Below are positions 16,390-32,395 of a stretch of DNA of 64,000 bases, in pieces. The DNA comes from the human T2T-CHM13v2.0 reference genome, Homo sapiens. The stretch lies in the NCBI RefSeq assembly GCF_009914755.1, contig NC_060942.1; one strand, given 5' to 3'. A model generated the notes under the pieces. That model was given only the letters and a program-made list of their open reading frames with translations. It did no database searches and was not told where the DNA came from. The translations under genes and the position numbers were made by a program. Within the stretch, counting starts at the first letter, position 1. Each line of letters opens with the position of its first letter.

Positions 16390-17110
16390 TTTTGTTTTTC
16401 AACAAATACTGAGCACCTACCTTGTGCCAGATACCATGTTTTGCATGGAGATAACAGCAATAAATAAATAACGACCCTACCCTTATGGAGCCCATACCGT
16501 TGGGGCAATAGGCTATATATATATATAATGTGTGTATGTGTGTGTGTGTGTGTATTGAGTGATACAAAGAAAATAAAAACCATAAAGCAATAAGGTGACT
16601 GTGGATTGATGGCTATTTTGGATGGAGTGGCTAAAGAAGGCCTCTTTGAGGAGGTGACATTTAAACAAAGACGTTGTTGAATGGAGAGAGCAAGCAAAGA
16701 TCTGAAAGAAGGCATCCTACACAGAGGGTGAAACACATGCAAAGGCCTAGAGGTAAGAATTGAGAATAACAGCAGGTTTTTGGCCTGAGCCACTGGGTTG
16801 ATTGAGAGGAGTGGGATTCAGAGAAAAAAAAAAAAGAGTTCTGTTTTGGATAGTTTGAGATGCCCATTACACTTCCAAGTAAAGATATCAGGTAGCAGTT
16901 GGGAATGTGAGTGTGGAACTCAGGGGCAAGGTTGATATTGGAGCTATTCATTTAGCCATCATTAACATATAGATGTTATTAAATCCCATGAGAATGGATA
17001 GCATCACCTAAGATAGGAGAGCAAAGGACTGAGCCCTGGGGCATTCTTTCATTTAAAAGGCAAGAGAGGAAGAGGATGTTGGTGGTATGGAAGGAAAATC
17101 AGGAGATGTC
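16390..17110 (-). mobile_element. L2 element 3' region containing a (TA)n(TG)n microsatellite at ~16514-16553
   Basis: ttcaacaaatactgagcacctac...tgtgccag L2 3' end, plus gaggaggtgacattt and gactgagccctggggcattc motifs. Confidence 0.7.
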
Positions 17111-18289
17111 TACTGAAATCACAAAAAATCAAAAAAGGAAATGGGAGGGGAAAGGTCCAGTAACATCGTTAGTTTCTCATCAGCTGCAGTCCATGGATGG
17201 ACCCTGAAATCAGTTTGTTTCTAGGCCATGTGCTAATGTTCTTGGACACCATGTCAAACTGGCCTTTCTTGAATTGGTAACGTGGAGTCAAGTCAAATCA
17301 GCAGAGGCTACGTCCTCCTCTGGATTTTGTCTTGTTATCTTGCTAGTTCAGAGGTAAACGAAACTAGAAAGAGAGCTCTAGGAAGACAGAATTAATGCCA
17401 CTCCAGCTTGGTCCAAATTACCTCCAGGATGGGACTGGCATAGCAGATCAGATAAGCCTTTTGTTTATCACTTCTCCTTAATGAGGCTATTACATTCAGC
17501 CTGTGTGCCTAGGTAACTCATGCGTACTGGCTCTGTGAAGTACAGAGGTAAGACAGGCCAATATAGTTAATACCTATGGCTAAAACATCATCTGGGTTTT
17601 TCAAGGGATGGTACTTTATGGGTCTGGATAAGTTGTGTGTCCCTTTAAATTATTTGACTACCACACAGCCCCAGCAGGATCAGGCCAAGCTAATCAACTT
17701 TATAGTCTCCTATCACATGTCTCCTTAGCAGAGTAAAACACACTGCTCACAGAAGACACCTGATAAATGCACTGCTCTTTTCTGACATTTAGTGTAAAAT
17801 CCCATAGGAATTCATTTTTTATTTTTCTTTATTGCATATATAATTCTTGTATTAAATTGGGTCATTTCTCAAGCTTTGCTTTTTGGAATAATCTTGGGTA
17901 TTCTGTTGCTTCTTAATTGCCAAATCCTTTAGTCTTTCCTGATAACAAAAGTACTGTCAATAAACTTATTGAACAAAATTAGCAATGAGGTACAACTGAA
18001 ATCTGAGCCCTGCTTACCACACACTTTCTGATTCTTCTGCCACAGTCTAATCTATGATTGAATGTGGCTCCTAGAGAGAGAAGTGGAATTTTTAAGATAA
18101 CAGCATAATCATAAAGATAAACATTTGTACTTGAGTAGATTAATTTGTTGGAGGAAAAGATAGCTCAGTTACAACTAGTTACGCTATACTTTTAAAATAA
18201 AATGTAGTTGGTAACAGTAACCTTCTTTTGCTTTTGCTTTAGTGTCACCTCTTACTTTTCTTGATGGAAAGATTGAAGACATTCTAGTC

Positions 18290-18410
18290 TGGGAAGTCAA
18301 GGGGCCTGGGTTAAAAACCACTTGGCTCTGCCACTCACTTGCTCTGTGACTCCATTTAGTTCACTTATACCTCTCTGGACCTCAGTTTCCTCATCAATAA
18401 AATAAGAAAA
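18290..18410 (+). mobile_element. MIR
   Basis: ggctctgccactcact...ctgtgac...cctcagtttcctcatc core. Confidence 0.7.
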
Positions 18411-19740
18411 TTATTCCAAATTATGTCTAAGACTCATTCCTCCATGGGCAGGCATTAGTAGTGTTTGCCAATATCCAGTTCTCCTTTCCTTCTGGAGAGA
18501 CGTAACTGGGTTCTGGCCAGTCAGATATAAGGAATATTTTGTCACTTGCATGCTATGGAAAGCCTGTGCACAGTTCTTCAGTCTCTTTTCCTGCCAAGAC
18601 AATTGAGAAGCCCACATTCTAGGCGATGGAACCACTGTCTGCCTGGACCTAGTTTAAGTGTACAGGATGAGCATGAAAAATAATTGAACTGTATTAAGCC
18701 ATTGGAATTCTGAAGGTAATTTGCTATTGTATAACTTATCCTAATATGTCAGATCTAATTTTCTATAGTTTGGTGGGTCATTATTTCCATGTTATAAATT
18801 TTTTTACTATATTTCATAGTAATGAGTACTCAGAAAGAATTTGAAGCCCACAGTTCTCTTTCAAATGATTGAATATGTTGGTGCCTATTGTATCAGTCTT
18901 TAAACTAAACACAAATTCTTATTGTTGCTCTGGATTTCAGTTTGCACCTCTAAAAGGTTTATTTCTGATATATTTACTGTTTCCCAATTATTTTGGCTCT
19001 ATTTTTTAATAGAGAAAGCAGCAGATTATTTTCTCACTCAGAGTATCCCCCCCTAGCTATTTTAAGCATGAAATTGGATAGAAAAGTGTAGATTTTCCAT
19101 TGTTTGATTTTAAAAAACATTTAATGATCTATATATTAAGAGATGGATATACCACAAGATTTTCATATGTGTCAAAGGAAAGTTCAAACAAAGCTCATTC
19201 CTTGAGCATGAAGTAGGTCTGTCCTGCTTATAAGCAAAATTTCCTAGAAGCAGTACTCCAGTCATTGGTTTACACCTTAAACAAAGAATGTGTTGATTGA
19301 ACATAGAAACCATTGTTTTGAATGACAGATAACTGTATTGAAATATTGCCTTCATTCTGTGACAATAAAAGCTGCAAAAGAAAAATCTGCCAGAAAGGAT
19401 TTGAATTTACAGATTTTCATACCATAGAAAATGTCATGACATTTCCATGCCTGAGAAAGTAGTCGAATCTTGCCTAGGACTTGAGGGCAGGGCCAATAAC
19501 ATAACTTGCCAGACCAGTGTAAAATGAAAATGTGGGGCCCCTTGTTCAGAAAGAAGAAGGAAAAAGTGCAATTAAAGGTGCTAGAATATAAAGCTTTTTC
19601 CTTTAAAAGGACACCGATAAAGCATGAAGGGTAATAGTAATATATGGATGGTTAAAAACTACAGATAGCAAAAAATTGTATTTTGGGTATCATAATTTTA
19701 TGTGATAAAATAATAATACTTTATTAATGTGATAACTTGA

Positions 19741-20120
<380 letters not shown>

Positions 20121-22220
20121 TAGGTCATCAGAATTTACACTTTTAACAACTTTAGGTGATATAATTAAAAGCAACATCAGTCACTCTTAGCAAATGAGAT
20201 TACAAAAATTTTTTGTAATTTTTTTTATTTTTATACTTTAAGTTCTAGGGTACATGTGCACAACGTGCAAGTTTGTGACATATGTATACATGTGCTGTGT
20301 TTGTTTGCTGCACCCATTAACTCGTCATTTACATTAGGTATTTCTCCTAATGCTATCCCTCCCCGCTCTCCCCACCCCACAACAGGCCCGAGTGTGTGAT
20401 GTTCCCCGCTCTGTGTCCAAGTGTTCTCATTGTTCAGTTCCCACCTATGAGTGAGAATATGCGGTGTTTGGTTTTCTGCATTTGTGATAGTTTGCTCAGA
20501 ATGATGGTTTCCAGCTTCATCCATGTCCCTACAAAGGAGATGAACTCATCCTTTTTTATGGCTGCATAGTATTCCATGGTGTATATGTGCCACATTTCCT
20601 TAATCATGTCTATCATTGATGGACATTTGGGTTGGTTCTAAGTCTTTGCTATTGTGAATAGTGCTGCAATAAACATGCATGTGCATGTGTCTTTATAGTA
20701 ACATGATTTATACTCCTTTGGGTATATACCCAGTAATGGGATCACTGGGTCAAATGGTATTTCTAGTTCTAGATCCTTGAGGAATCGCCACACTGTCTTC
20801 CACAATGGTTGAACTAGTTTACACTCCCACCAACAGTGTAAAAGTGTTCCTATTTCTCCACATCCTTTCCAGCACCTGTTATTTCCTGACTTTTTAATGA
20901 TCACCATTCTAAGTGGTGTGAGATGGTATCTCATTGTGATTTTGATTTGCATTTATCTGATAACCAGTGATGATGAGCATTTTTTCATGTGTCTGTTGGC
21001 TGCATAAATGTCTTCTTTAGAGAAGTGTCTGTTCATATCCTTTGCCCACTTTTTGATAGGGTTGTTTGATTTTTTCTTGTAAATTTGTTTAAGTTCTTTG
21101 TAGATTCTGGATATTAGCCCTTTGTCAGATGGGTAGATTGCAAAAATTTTCTCCCATTCTGTAGGTTGCCTGTTCACTCTGATGGTAGTTTCTTTTGCTG
21201 TGCAGAAGCTCTTCAGTTTAATTAGATCCCATTTGTCTATTTTGGCTTTTGTTGCCATTGCTTTTGGTGTTTTAGTCATGAAGTCCTTGCGAATGCCTAT
21301 GTCCTGTATGGTATTGCCTAGGTTTTCTTCTAGGGTTTTTATGGTTTTAGGTCTAACATTTAAGTCTTTAATCCTTTTTGAATTAATTTTTGTGTAAGGT
21401 GTAAAGAAGGGATCCAGTTTCAGCTTTCTACATATGGCTAGCCAGTTTTCCCAGCACCATTTATTAAATAGGGAATCCTTTCCCCATTTCTTGTTTTTGT
21501 CAGGTTTGTCAAAGATCAGATGGTTGTAGATGTGTGGCATTATTTCTGAGGCCTCTGTTCTGTTCCATTGTTCTATATCTCTGTTTTGGTACCAGTACCA
21601 TGCTGTTTTGGTTATTGTAGCCTTGTAGTATAGTTTGAAGTCAGGTATCGTGATGCCTCCAGCTTTGTTCTTTTTGCTTAGGATTGTCTTGGCAATACGG
21701 GCTCTTTTTTGGTTCTATATGAACTTTAAAGTAGTTTATTCCAGTTCTGTCAAGAAAGTCATTGGTAGCTTGATGGGGATGGCATTGAATCTATAAATTA
21801 CCTTGGGCAGTATGGCCATTTTCACAATATTGATTCTTCCTATCCATGAGCATGGAATGGTTCTTCCATTTGTTTGTGTCCTTTTTTATTTCATTGAGCA
21901 GTGGTTTGTAGTTCTCCTTGAAGAGGTCCTTCACATCCCTTGTAAGTTGTATTCTTAGGTATTTTATTCTCTTTGTAGCAATTGTGAATGGGAGTTCACT
22001 CATGATTTGGCTCTCTGTTTGTCTGTTATTGCTGTATAGGAATGCTTGTGATTTTTGCACATTGATTTTGTATCCTGAGATTTGCTGAAGTTGCTTATCA
22101 GCTTAAGGAGATTTGGGGCTGAGATGATGGGGTTTTCTAAATATACCATCATGTCATCTGCAAACCTGGACAATTTGACTTCCTCTTTTCCTAATTGAAT
22201 ACCCTTTATTTCTTTCTCTA

Positions 22221-23002
<782 letters not shown>

Positions 23003-24979
23003 TTAGAAGTGTTTATAGTATTCTCTGATGGTAGTTTGTACTTCTGTGGAATCGGTGGTGATATCCCCTTTATCATTTTTTATCGCATCTCTTTGACTCT
23101 TCTCCCTTTTCTTCCTTATTAATCTTGCTATTGGTCTATCAATTTTGTTTCTTTTCAAAAAACCAGCTCCTGGATTCATTGATTTTTTGAAGGTTTTTTG
23201 TGTCTCTATCTCCTTCAGTTGTCCTCTGATCTTAGTTGTTTCTTGCTTTCTGCTAGGTTTTGAATTTGTTTGCTCTTGCTTTTCTAGTTCTTTTAATTGT
23301 GATGTTAGGGTGTTGATTTTAGATCTTTCCTGCTTTCTCTTGTGGGCATTTAGTGCTATAAATTTCCCTCTACACACTGCTTTAAATATGTCCCAGATAT
23401 TCTGGTACGTCATGTCTTTGTTCTCGTTGGTTTCAAAGAACATCTTTCTTTCTGCCTTCATTTTGTTATTTACTCAGTAGTCATTCAGGAGCAGGTTGTT
23501 CAGTTTCCATGTAGCTGTGCAGTTTTGAGTGAGTTTCTTAACCCTGAGTTTGAATTTGATTGCACCGTGGTTGTGATTTCTGCTCTTTTACATTTGCTGA
23601 GGAGTGCTTTACTTCTAACTATGTGGTCAGTTTTGGAATAAATGTGATGCGGTGCTGAGAAGAGTGTATATTCTGTTGATTTGGGGTGGAGAGTTATGTA
23701 GACATCTGTTAGGTCCGCTTGGTGCATAGCTGAGTTAAAGTCCTGGATATCCTTGTTAACCTGCTGTCTCGTTGATCTATCTAATATTGACAGTGGGGTG
23801 TTAAAATCTCCCATTATTATTTTGTGGGAGTCTATGTCTCCTTGTACTCTCTGAGGACTTGCTTTATGAATCTGGGTGCTCCTGTATTGGGTGCATATAT
23901 ATTTAGGATAGTTAGCTCTTCCTGTTGAATTGATCCCTTTACCATTCTTTGATTGCCTTCTTTGTCTCTTTTTTTTTTTTTTTTTTTGTCTTTGTTGGTT
24001 TAAAGTCTGTTTTATCAGAGACTAGGATTGCAACCCCTGCTTTTTTTTTGTTTTTTTTTTTGTTTTTTTTTTTTTGCTTTCCATTTGCTTGGTAGATCTT
24101 CCTCCATCCCTTTATTTTGAGCCTGTGTGTGTCTCTGCACGTGAGATGAGTCTCCTGAATACAGCACACTGATGGGTCTTGATTCTTTATCCAATTTGCC
24201 AGTCTGTGTCTTTTAATTGGGGCATTTAGCCCATTTACATTTAAGGTTAATATTGTTATGTGTGAATTCAATCCTGTCATTATGATGTTAGCTGGTTATT
24301 TTGCTCGTAGTTGATGCAGTTTCCTCCTAGCATCGATGGTCTTTACAATTTGGCATGTTTTTGCGGTGGCTGGTACCGGTTGTTCCTTTCCATGTTTAGT
24401 GCTTCCTTCAGGAGCTCTTGTAAGGCAGGCCTGGTGGTGACAAAATCTCTCAGCATTTGCTTGTCTATAAAGGATTTTATTTTGCCTTTACTAATGAAGC
24501 TTAGTTTGGCTGGATATGAAATTCTGGGTTGAAAATTCTTTTCTTTAAGAATGTTGAATATTGGCCCCCACTCTCTTCTGGCTTGTAGAGTTTCTGCCGA
24601 GAGATCAGCTGTTAGTCCAATGGGCTTCCCTTTGTGGGTAACCTGACCTTTCTCTCTGGCTGCCCTTAACATTTTTTGCTTCATTTCAACCTTGGTGAAT
24701 CTGACAATTATGTGTCTTGGGGTTGCTCTTCTCAAGGAGTATCTTTGTGGTGTTCTCTGTATTTCCTGAATTTGAATGTTGGCCTGCCTTGCTAGATTGG
24801 GGAAATTCACCTGCATAATATCCTGAAGAGTGTTTTCCAGCTTGGTTCCATTCTCCCTGTCACTTTCAGGTACACCAATCAAACGTAGATTTGGTCTTTT
24901 CACATAGTCTCATATTTCTTGGAGGCTTTGTTCGTTTCTTTTTACTCTTTTTTCTCTAAACTTCTTGCTTCATTTCATT

Positions 24980-25624
24980 TGTTATAGCCACAGGAGTTAG
25001 AGAAAATGCCACACTTTGAGACAAATTAAGAGTCCTTTATTTAAGCCGGCGGCCAAAGAGATGGCTAATGCTCAAAATTCTCTTGGCCCCGATGAAGGGG
25101 CTTAACTTTTATACCTAGGTTTAGGAAGGGGAGGGGGACTTAAATGCAATAACTCTACAGAAGTAAAAACATGCAAGAATCAAAAGAAGCAAATGGTTAC
25201 AGAGAAATGAACAATTTAAAAGACAAATGGTTACAAAAAGAGCAAGGGTACCAGGTGCAAGGCTCTAAATCCTTCATTATAGTTAGATATAAATGCTATG
25301 CCAGACAGGAACTCAAGGCTTTGTGTTGTTATCTCTTTGAGCAAAACCCTGGGAACTTCATACATTGTTTGCTCCAGTATCTTACCAGTTAATTGGGCTC
25401 CTTTGAAATGCTGAGGATCTGCTTACACAGGTTAACTCCTTAAGGAAGGGGGTTGGGTAAGGAGCCCTTAATGTCTTGTAAATCAAGAGGTCAAATGGAG
25501 TTTGTCCGGCTTTCCCAGCCAGGGAGAGTGTATTCATATGGGAAACATGGCTGGCAATTAAGGAGACAAAAAAAGGAAAATTTAAAGTAGTGAGCTAGAG
25601 TAAAAAACAAGGTTAGGCGTTACA
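24980..25624 (-). mobile_element. Solo ERV1 LTR (LTR6/LTR30-like), 645 bp, inserted in L1 ORF1
   Basis: TG...CA termini, 4-bp TSD CATT (24976-24979 / 25625-25628), minus-strand TATAAAA (25113-25107) and AATAAA (25041-25036). Confidence 0.85.
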
Positions 25625-26601
25625 CATTCATTTGATCTTCAGTCACTGATACCCTTTCTTCCACTCGATGGAATCAGCTTCTGAAGCTTGTGCATGCGTC
25701 ACGTAGTTCTCCTGCCATGGTTTTCAGCTCCATCAGGTCATTTAAGGTCTTCTCTACACTGTTTATTCTAGTTAGCCATTCGTCTAATCTTTTTTCAAGG
25801 TTTTTAGCTTCCTTGAGATGGGTTCATACATCCTCCTTTAGCTTGGAGAATTTTGTTATTTCCAACCTTCTGAAGCCTACTTCTGTCAACTTGTCAAAGT
25901 TATTCTCTGTCCAGCTTTGTTCCATTGCTGGCGAGGAGCTGTGATCCTTTGGAGAAGAGGCACTCTGGTTTTTAGAATTGTCAGCTTTTCTGCTCTGGTT
26001 TCTCCCCATCTTTGTGGTTTTATCTACCTTTGATCTCTGATGATGGTGACCTACAGATGGGGTTTTGGTGTTGATGTCCTTTTTGTTGATGTTGATGCTA
26101 TTCCTTTCTGTTTGTTAGTTTTCCTTCTAACAGTCAGGTGTCTCAGCTGCAGGTCTGTTAGAGTTTGCTGGAGGTCCACTCCAGACCCTGTTTGCCTGGG
26201 TGTCACCAGCAGATGGCTGCAGAACCGCAAATATTGCAGAACTGCAATATTGCTGCCTGATCCTTCCTCTGGAAGCTTCATCTCAAGGGGCACCCAGCTG
26301 TATGAGGTGTCAGTCGGCCCCTACTGGGAGGTGTCTCCCAGTTAGGCTACACAGGGGTCAGGGACCCACTTGAGGCAGTCTGTCCGTTCTCAGAGGTCAA
26401 ACACCATGCTGGGAAAACCACTGCTCTCTTCAGAGCTGTCAGGGATGTTTAAGTCTGCAGAAGTTCCTGCTGCCTTCTGTTCAGCTCTGCCCTTCCCCCA
26501 GAGGTGGAGTCTACAGAGGCAGGCAGGCCTCGTTGACCTGCGGTGGGCTCCACCCAGTTTGAGCTTCCTGGCTGCTTTGTTTACCTACTGAAGCCTCAGC
26601 A

Positions 26602-26934
26602 ATGGCAGATGCCCCTACCCCTGCCAGGCTGCTGTCTCGCGGGTCGATCTCAGACTGCTGCACTAACAGTGAGCAAGCCTCCGTGGGCATGGGACCTACT
26701 GAGCCAGGTGTGGTTTATAATCTTCTGGTGTGCCATTTGCTAAGACTGTTGGAAAAGCGCAGTGTTTGGGTGGCAGTGTCCCTATTTTCCAGGTACTGCC
26801 TGTCATGGCTTCCCTTGGCTAGGAAAGGGAAGTCCCCCGACCCCTTGCGCTTCCTGGGTGAGGTGATGCCCCACCTTGCTTCGGCTTGCCCTCTGTGGGC
26901 TGCACCCACTGTCCATCCAGTCCCAATGAGATGA
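26602..26934 (+). CDS. L1 ORF0 homolog (antisense ORF of primate L1 5'UTR), open for 110 codons
   Basis: MADAPTPARLLSRGSISDCCTNSEQASVGMGPTEPGVVYNLLVCHLLRLLEKRSVWVAVSLFSR aligns by eye to L1Hs ORF0 (MAGAPPPASLPPCSLISDCC...EPGV...RFSR). Kozak gcaATGg. Expression unknown. Confidence 0.6.
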   Translation: MADAPTPARLLSRGSISDCCTNSEQASVGMGPTEPGVVYNLLVCHLLRLLEKRSVWVAVSLFSRYCLSWLPLARKGKSPDPLRFLGEVMPHLASACPLWAAPTVHPVPMR

Positions 26935-27736
26935 ACCAGGTACCTCAGCTGGAAATGCAGAAATCACCCATCTTCTTTGTCGATCACACTGGGAGCTGCA
27001 GACTGGTGCTGTTCCTATTCAGCCATCTTGGAACTGTATCCCCCAATTTTTTCTAATTTTTAATTTTGAGGAGGATCTTTCTGTTGATGCAACTGACAGT
27101 GGAGCTGCTAAGAGTATTTTGTAGGCTGTGCCAACATTTGCATAGATTTCTAATAAAGTATTTCCAAATATGAATTTTAGTTTATATAGAGGTGATTATT
27201 CTTGGGGATCAGATTTTCTAAAAAGATTTAACTCTTCATACACATTAGTTTCATACATGTTGGAATTTAATTTTAAATACAAATCTCTATGATGTCATTT
27301 TAATGTTTTCTCTAGCATGTTCTGTAACATATAAAGATCATATAAGAAACCAAAAATCACTTAACGATTTGTCTATAATTCACAGTGCTTGTTTATGCTT
27401 TCTATAGCAGCATCTTCAGTTACAAAGAAAAATTAAATTTAAAAATTGTATTCCTCATTAATAATTGGTTCATTAGAAATTGCATATGAGAATAGTGGGT
27501 TTTTTCCTATCAAATGCAACAATCTTTAATTTTTATTTCCAAACCTGTGGATGTTCGCTTTCCAGTGTTGTAGCAGTTTTTAAAACCAGAGATTCTAAAC
27601 TCTTTGAAGGCTTCTAATATATCTCTGATATGCTTCATTGTAATGTCCACGTGTATGTTTTTATTTTCTAATAATTTACTGGCATTTATACTTAATGCTA
27701 GCAGTTCCTATCCCAGTTCTCAGGCCAGAAAGATGA

Positions 27737-28243
<507 letters not shown>

Positions 28244-28354
28244 TGAAAAGAATGCTGGACACAAGGCAGTCTTTCTTTGGAGGGATGTCTTTATAGATTT
28301 AGAATCTTTTCCCAAACTTCTAGAAAAAGTGGAAGGGGGTTAACAGGAAGGAAC

Positions 28355-28800
28355 TAACATTTATTCAGTGCCTATTATGTATTCATTTATATCAATGAAT
28401 TCATTTAATCCTAACTGGAGTTTTGCTAGCCTCTTACACATGAAAAGACTGAACTGAGACACTGAATAACTTCCCCAATATTACACAGCTTGCAAATGGT
28501 AGAACAGAGATTTGAACCAAGCGTGTCTGTCTGTGAAGATTTCGACAGACAGCTTTAGTGTCCTGGATGAGAGTGCTGGAGACAAACCACCTGGGTTCAA
28601 TTCTAGACTCTGCTGTGTAATTGCTTTCTGTTAGATGAGTTACTTCCCTGAGCTTTAATTTCCGCATGTTTATAATGGAGATGAGAGTAGTATAGTACCT
28701 ACTTCCTAGGGTTCATTAGAGGATTATAGGAAGGTTAAATATTTGTAGTGTTAGGAACAGTGCCTGACAGTAAGCCTGCAGTAAATGTCACTGTTAATAT
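28355..28800. mobile_element. Two adjacent MIR fragments in opposite orientation
   Basis: gaactgagac...agatttgaacca (minus) and cctgggttcaattct...tttccgcatgtttataatgg (plus) cores. Confidence 0.6.
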
Positions 28801-28989
28801 CATTACTGTTATCATGATTACTCTTCCCACTCTACAATCTCTCTTCATAAGTTATAAAGGAATGTTAGGGGTCAGCAAAAGAGAAGAGCTTATGTACAGG
28901 CAGCAGGGCCTAGGTTCTTCAAGTCCTTCTGGTGTTTACCTTCACAAAAATTCCCTTAAGCATCATCTTATGCATGATGTGATCTGTAA

Positions 28990-29298
<309 letters not shown>

Positions 29299-32200
29299 CA
29301 TATTGCAAAATTTTCTTAGGAAATTTGTGGGTTTCCTCACATACTGATCTAGGATTTTAAATTATTTCATTGCAAAGTAATTGTGTCTCTCCTTTCACGG
29401 GGACTTGTCTCACTAGCATCCTGTTACGTATTGAATATAGAAATCATTCTAACAACCCAGGTTATTTTCAATCAGACCAGGCATTCGATAACACACTAAG
29501 GGGGTAGGAATGGAAGATGGTATCTTTTATATGCTAAACAGATTAGAAAATTAACATAGGATACTTTCTGCGTGGTGGAAACCATTGCATATTCAGCCTC
29601 ATTTCAAGAGTGTTTCCTTCTCAAACTTCTGCTAGAAAATGCTGACTCACTTTTATATACAAGAAAAACCTTTCCACTGAAAAATCCCTCTGATTTAAAA
29701 GTAACCCCTTTGAAACATAAGCAGTTTCAGAAAGGCAGACTCTCTCATCTTTCTCATCCTGTTCTCTCACTACTACATTTCTGTAAGTGGTCCTTTAATT
29801 CTGAAGTTGGAGTTGGTGCCCCTGCCATCACAAACAACACGAGAGCCAATTGTGAGTCAGTCTCAGTAGCCATCAGCCTGGCAGCTGCCCATCCCATAAC
29901 CAAAGAGCTCAATGGGCTGGAGGGTGAGACCCAGCCAATCCTTGGGAGCAAGCAGCACTAAATCACATCAGGGAGTGATTAGTCCTGGGGAAATTCAGTG
30001 GAGGCACAAGCCTGAAGCACTCTTCTACCAATGTTTGGGTGACCACCCCTCCAATATCCCAGAATGAATAAGAACAATCCCTAGGTATTTTTATTTACCC
30101 AAGTGTTCAGCTTATTCACCCCACCCCCCCACCCCCCATCACACGTGCTCCTGTGAACTTTCCATGGTTATGTCTACGGAAAATGCCACTAGAGAGAGAG
30201 TGATGCAAGCTGCTGCAAAGCTGATGGGCTTCCTCTGGCCCTCCCTTTTCCTCCACGAGGATTAAAGGATACAAGCTGACCAGGCCTCACAGGTGCTCTG
30301 CTCGTGGCCCCAAAGAACCATCTCTACTTGCCAGAGTATGTTCCACCACCCAAGCAGGGTCTCCCTACTTTTTCTCACTGGCCTCGTTTTGACCCAGAGA
30401 AAGCCTATGGAAGTTATGCAGTGCAGACCTCATCCTGTCTGCTGTCTTTTCTCCCACAGAGCTCTTGAGATGGGTCCTTCAGCTTGCAGTGGTCCCTAGT
30501 AGCCTCTCAAGCTAATGGGGATGATGATCCTGGTTTAGCCAGAGTTCAAAACTCTCCAGTCATTGAAAGCAAGGGGAGGGTGTGTTCCCAGATGTGTATT
30601 ACTTGGGAATTTTATTTGATCTGGAGGGTGTGGCTTTTTTTCTCTCCTTTTTACCAACCCCAACTAAACTGGGAGTAAGACTTAGTCAGTGTTGGTAGAC
30701 AAAGTCATACCACCCAGGGCAGCCTGCATGCAGCGAGTCTGCGTGGCTTCCCTGAATTACTCTTTTAATTAAAACTAGATTATTTCAATCTAGAAAAGCC
30801 TTGTTGAGCAGCCTCCTTATCCAGATAGATCCAAAGCTCATGTCTCTTCAGGCTGAGACTGGCGCTGTCACCTCCACCCAGCCTTCTTTCACTTGGGGTT
30901 TTTTATTCTTTGGAGTAGAAAAGAATGGAGCCCACTAATATTATATTTTTCTTCTGAAATAAATATAAAGTCAAGACTAACTAGTTATAATCATTCCCTT
31001 AAAAAGTTGGAAAATCATTACAGATTAAAATTTCTTTATAAAGTTCACCTCTGAGAGTAACCAAATCGGTTTCATCCCATATCAAAAAGCCTTTGGAGTG
31101 TGGAGCTTTCTGTGGTATGGCAGAAATGGGTGGATGGCAAACTAAGAGCCCTCAGCCATTTTTTCAGTTAAAGTTAGGTTGCCAGAACTTTCTTTTCCTT
31201 GCCCCCTGTGTCATGACTAGCTTAAGTGTACTTGACTCCCATAGACTACTCCCATGCCCACAGTCACCCATTCCAGACTCCAGTGTCCTTAAAACTCTGG
31301 AGTGAGAGGATGCCAGAGGATCAAGAAAAGGATCACAGTTTCTTGAAGAAGCTTGTTTGCCTTTAGAAGAATCGTAAACAGAGTCTAAACTAAAGGCTTT
31401 TTGGGGGTCACAGCCACAGAGTGGAGTTTTATTGCTTCTTTGCCTCTCCATGAATGGCCAATTTGGAAAAGCAGAGATGGGCTTTCAGCAGAATATCAAC
31501 CAATACATTTTTCACATGCAAAACTCATCACCAGTTGCCTTTTTCTAACTTAATGGACATTTTGTTGGTGTTGGTGCAAGGGCAATAGGATGTAAATTTG
31601 TATATAATCTAATGTCTTCATTATTAATTGAATAGTACATGTTAACATTTTAATCTATTTAAATTTACTTTGAAATATATACATACATATGAATGAAAGG
31701 TTGTTACAGAGCCTCAAAGCTGTTGCAGACTATCCCAAGAGAAAGGATCTGGCACAAAGGAATCTGCCTTTCCTCCGTCTCAAGTCTCCCACCCTTGACT
31801 GGTTGGGATTTGCTCGTCCAGCCTCTAGACACTTCCCAAAGCAAGACTGGACACATGCCGAGGGCGTTGCGGATAGTGCCTCACCATTGCCCACCCTGCT
31901 GCCCAACTCCTGTGAGAGAAAAACCAATCAATGTTTACAAAATGGAAAAGGACACAGCATGTCCTTTGAACTCCCTAAGTAAGGCCCACAGTTCTTGATG
32001 CAGAGAACCAAAGTGAATCATAGAAAAGCTTTTGCTAACAGTCCGCTTTCCAGGAGGCAAACTTGTGTTTATCCAAACCTGATCCCCATGATGGGGACTT
32101 TTCTAGAGCACCCCAAATGTCATGGGGAGAGAGGGACTCTTTCTGCTCCCTCAGAGCTACTCTTCACTTGTCCCTGCTTCCGGCACCAAGTTCATAATAG

Positions 32201-32395
32201 AGATCTTCTGGCCAGAGAATCGGGAGAGGAGAGGCCTGATGGGGCAGAGCTGGACGAAGTCTGCTAAGAGAGATGGAGGCTGTGGCGGACTCCTTCCAAC
32301 TCACGATTTATCCTCAGCTCAGAGTGTATTTTGAATATGAGCAAATGTTTATGTACGTATGAGATTTCAAGTTAATAAATCATCTCTATGGCTAT
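29299..32395 (+). other. KIAA1328: KIAA1328 3'UTR (~3.1 kb)
   Basis: Largely repeat-free sequence from the stop codon to AATAAA at 32374-32379, followed by a GU/U-rich tract (ccatgtgggtttgatattg). The exact end is inferred. Confidence 0.65.
32374..32379 (+). terminator. Polyadenylation signal AATAAA (likely main KIAA1328 site)
   Basis: Canonical hexamer with upstream TGTA elements (32325-32328, 32352-32355) and a downstream GT-rich element. Confidence 0.6.
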
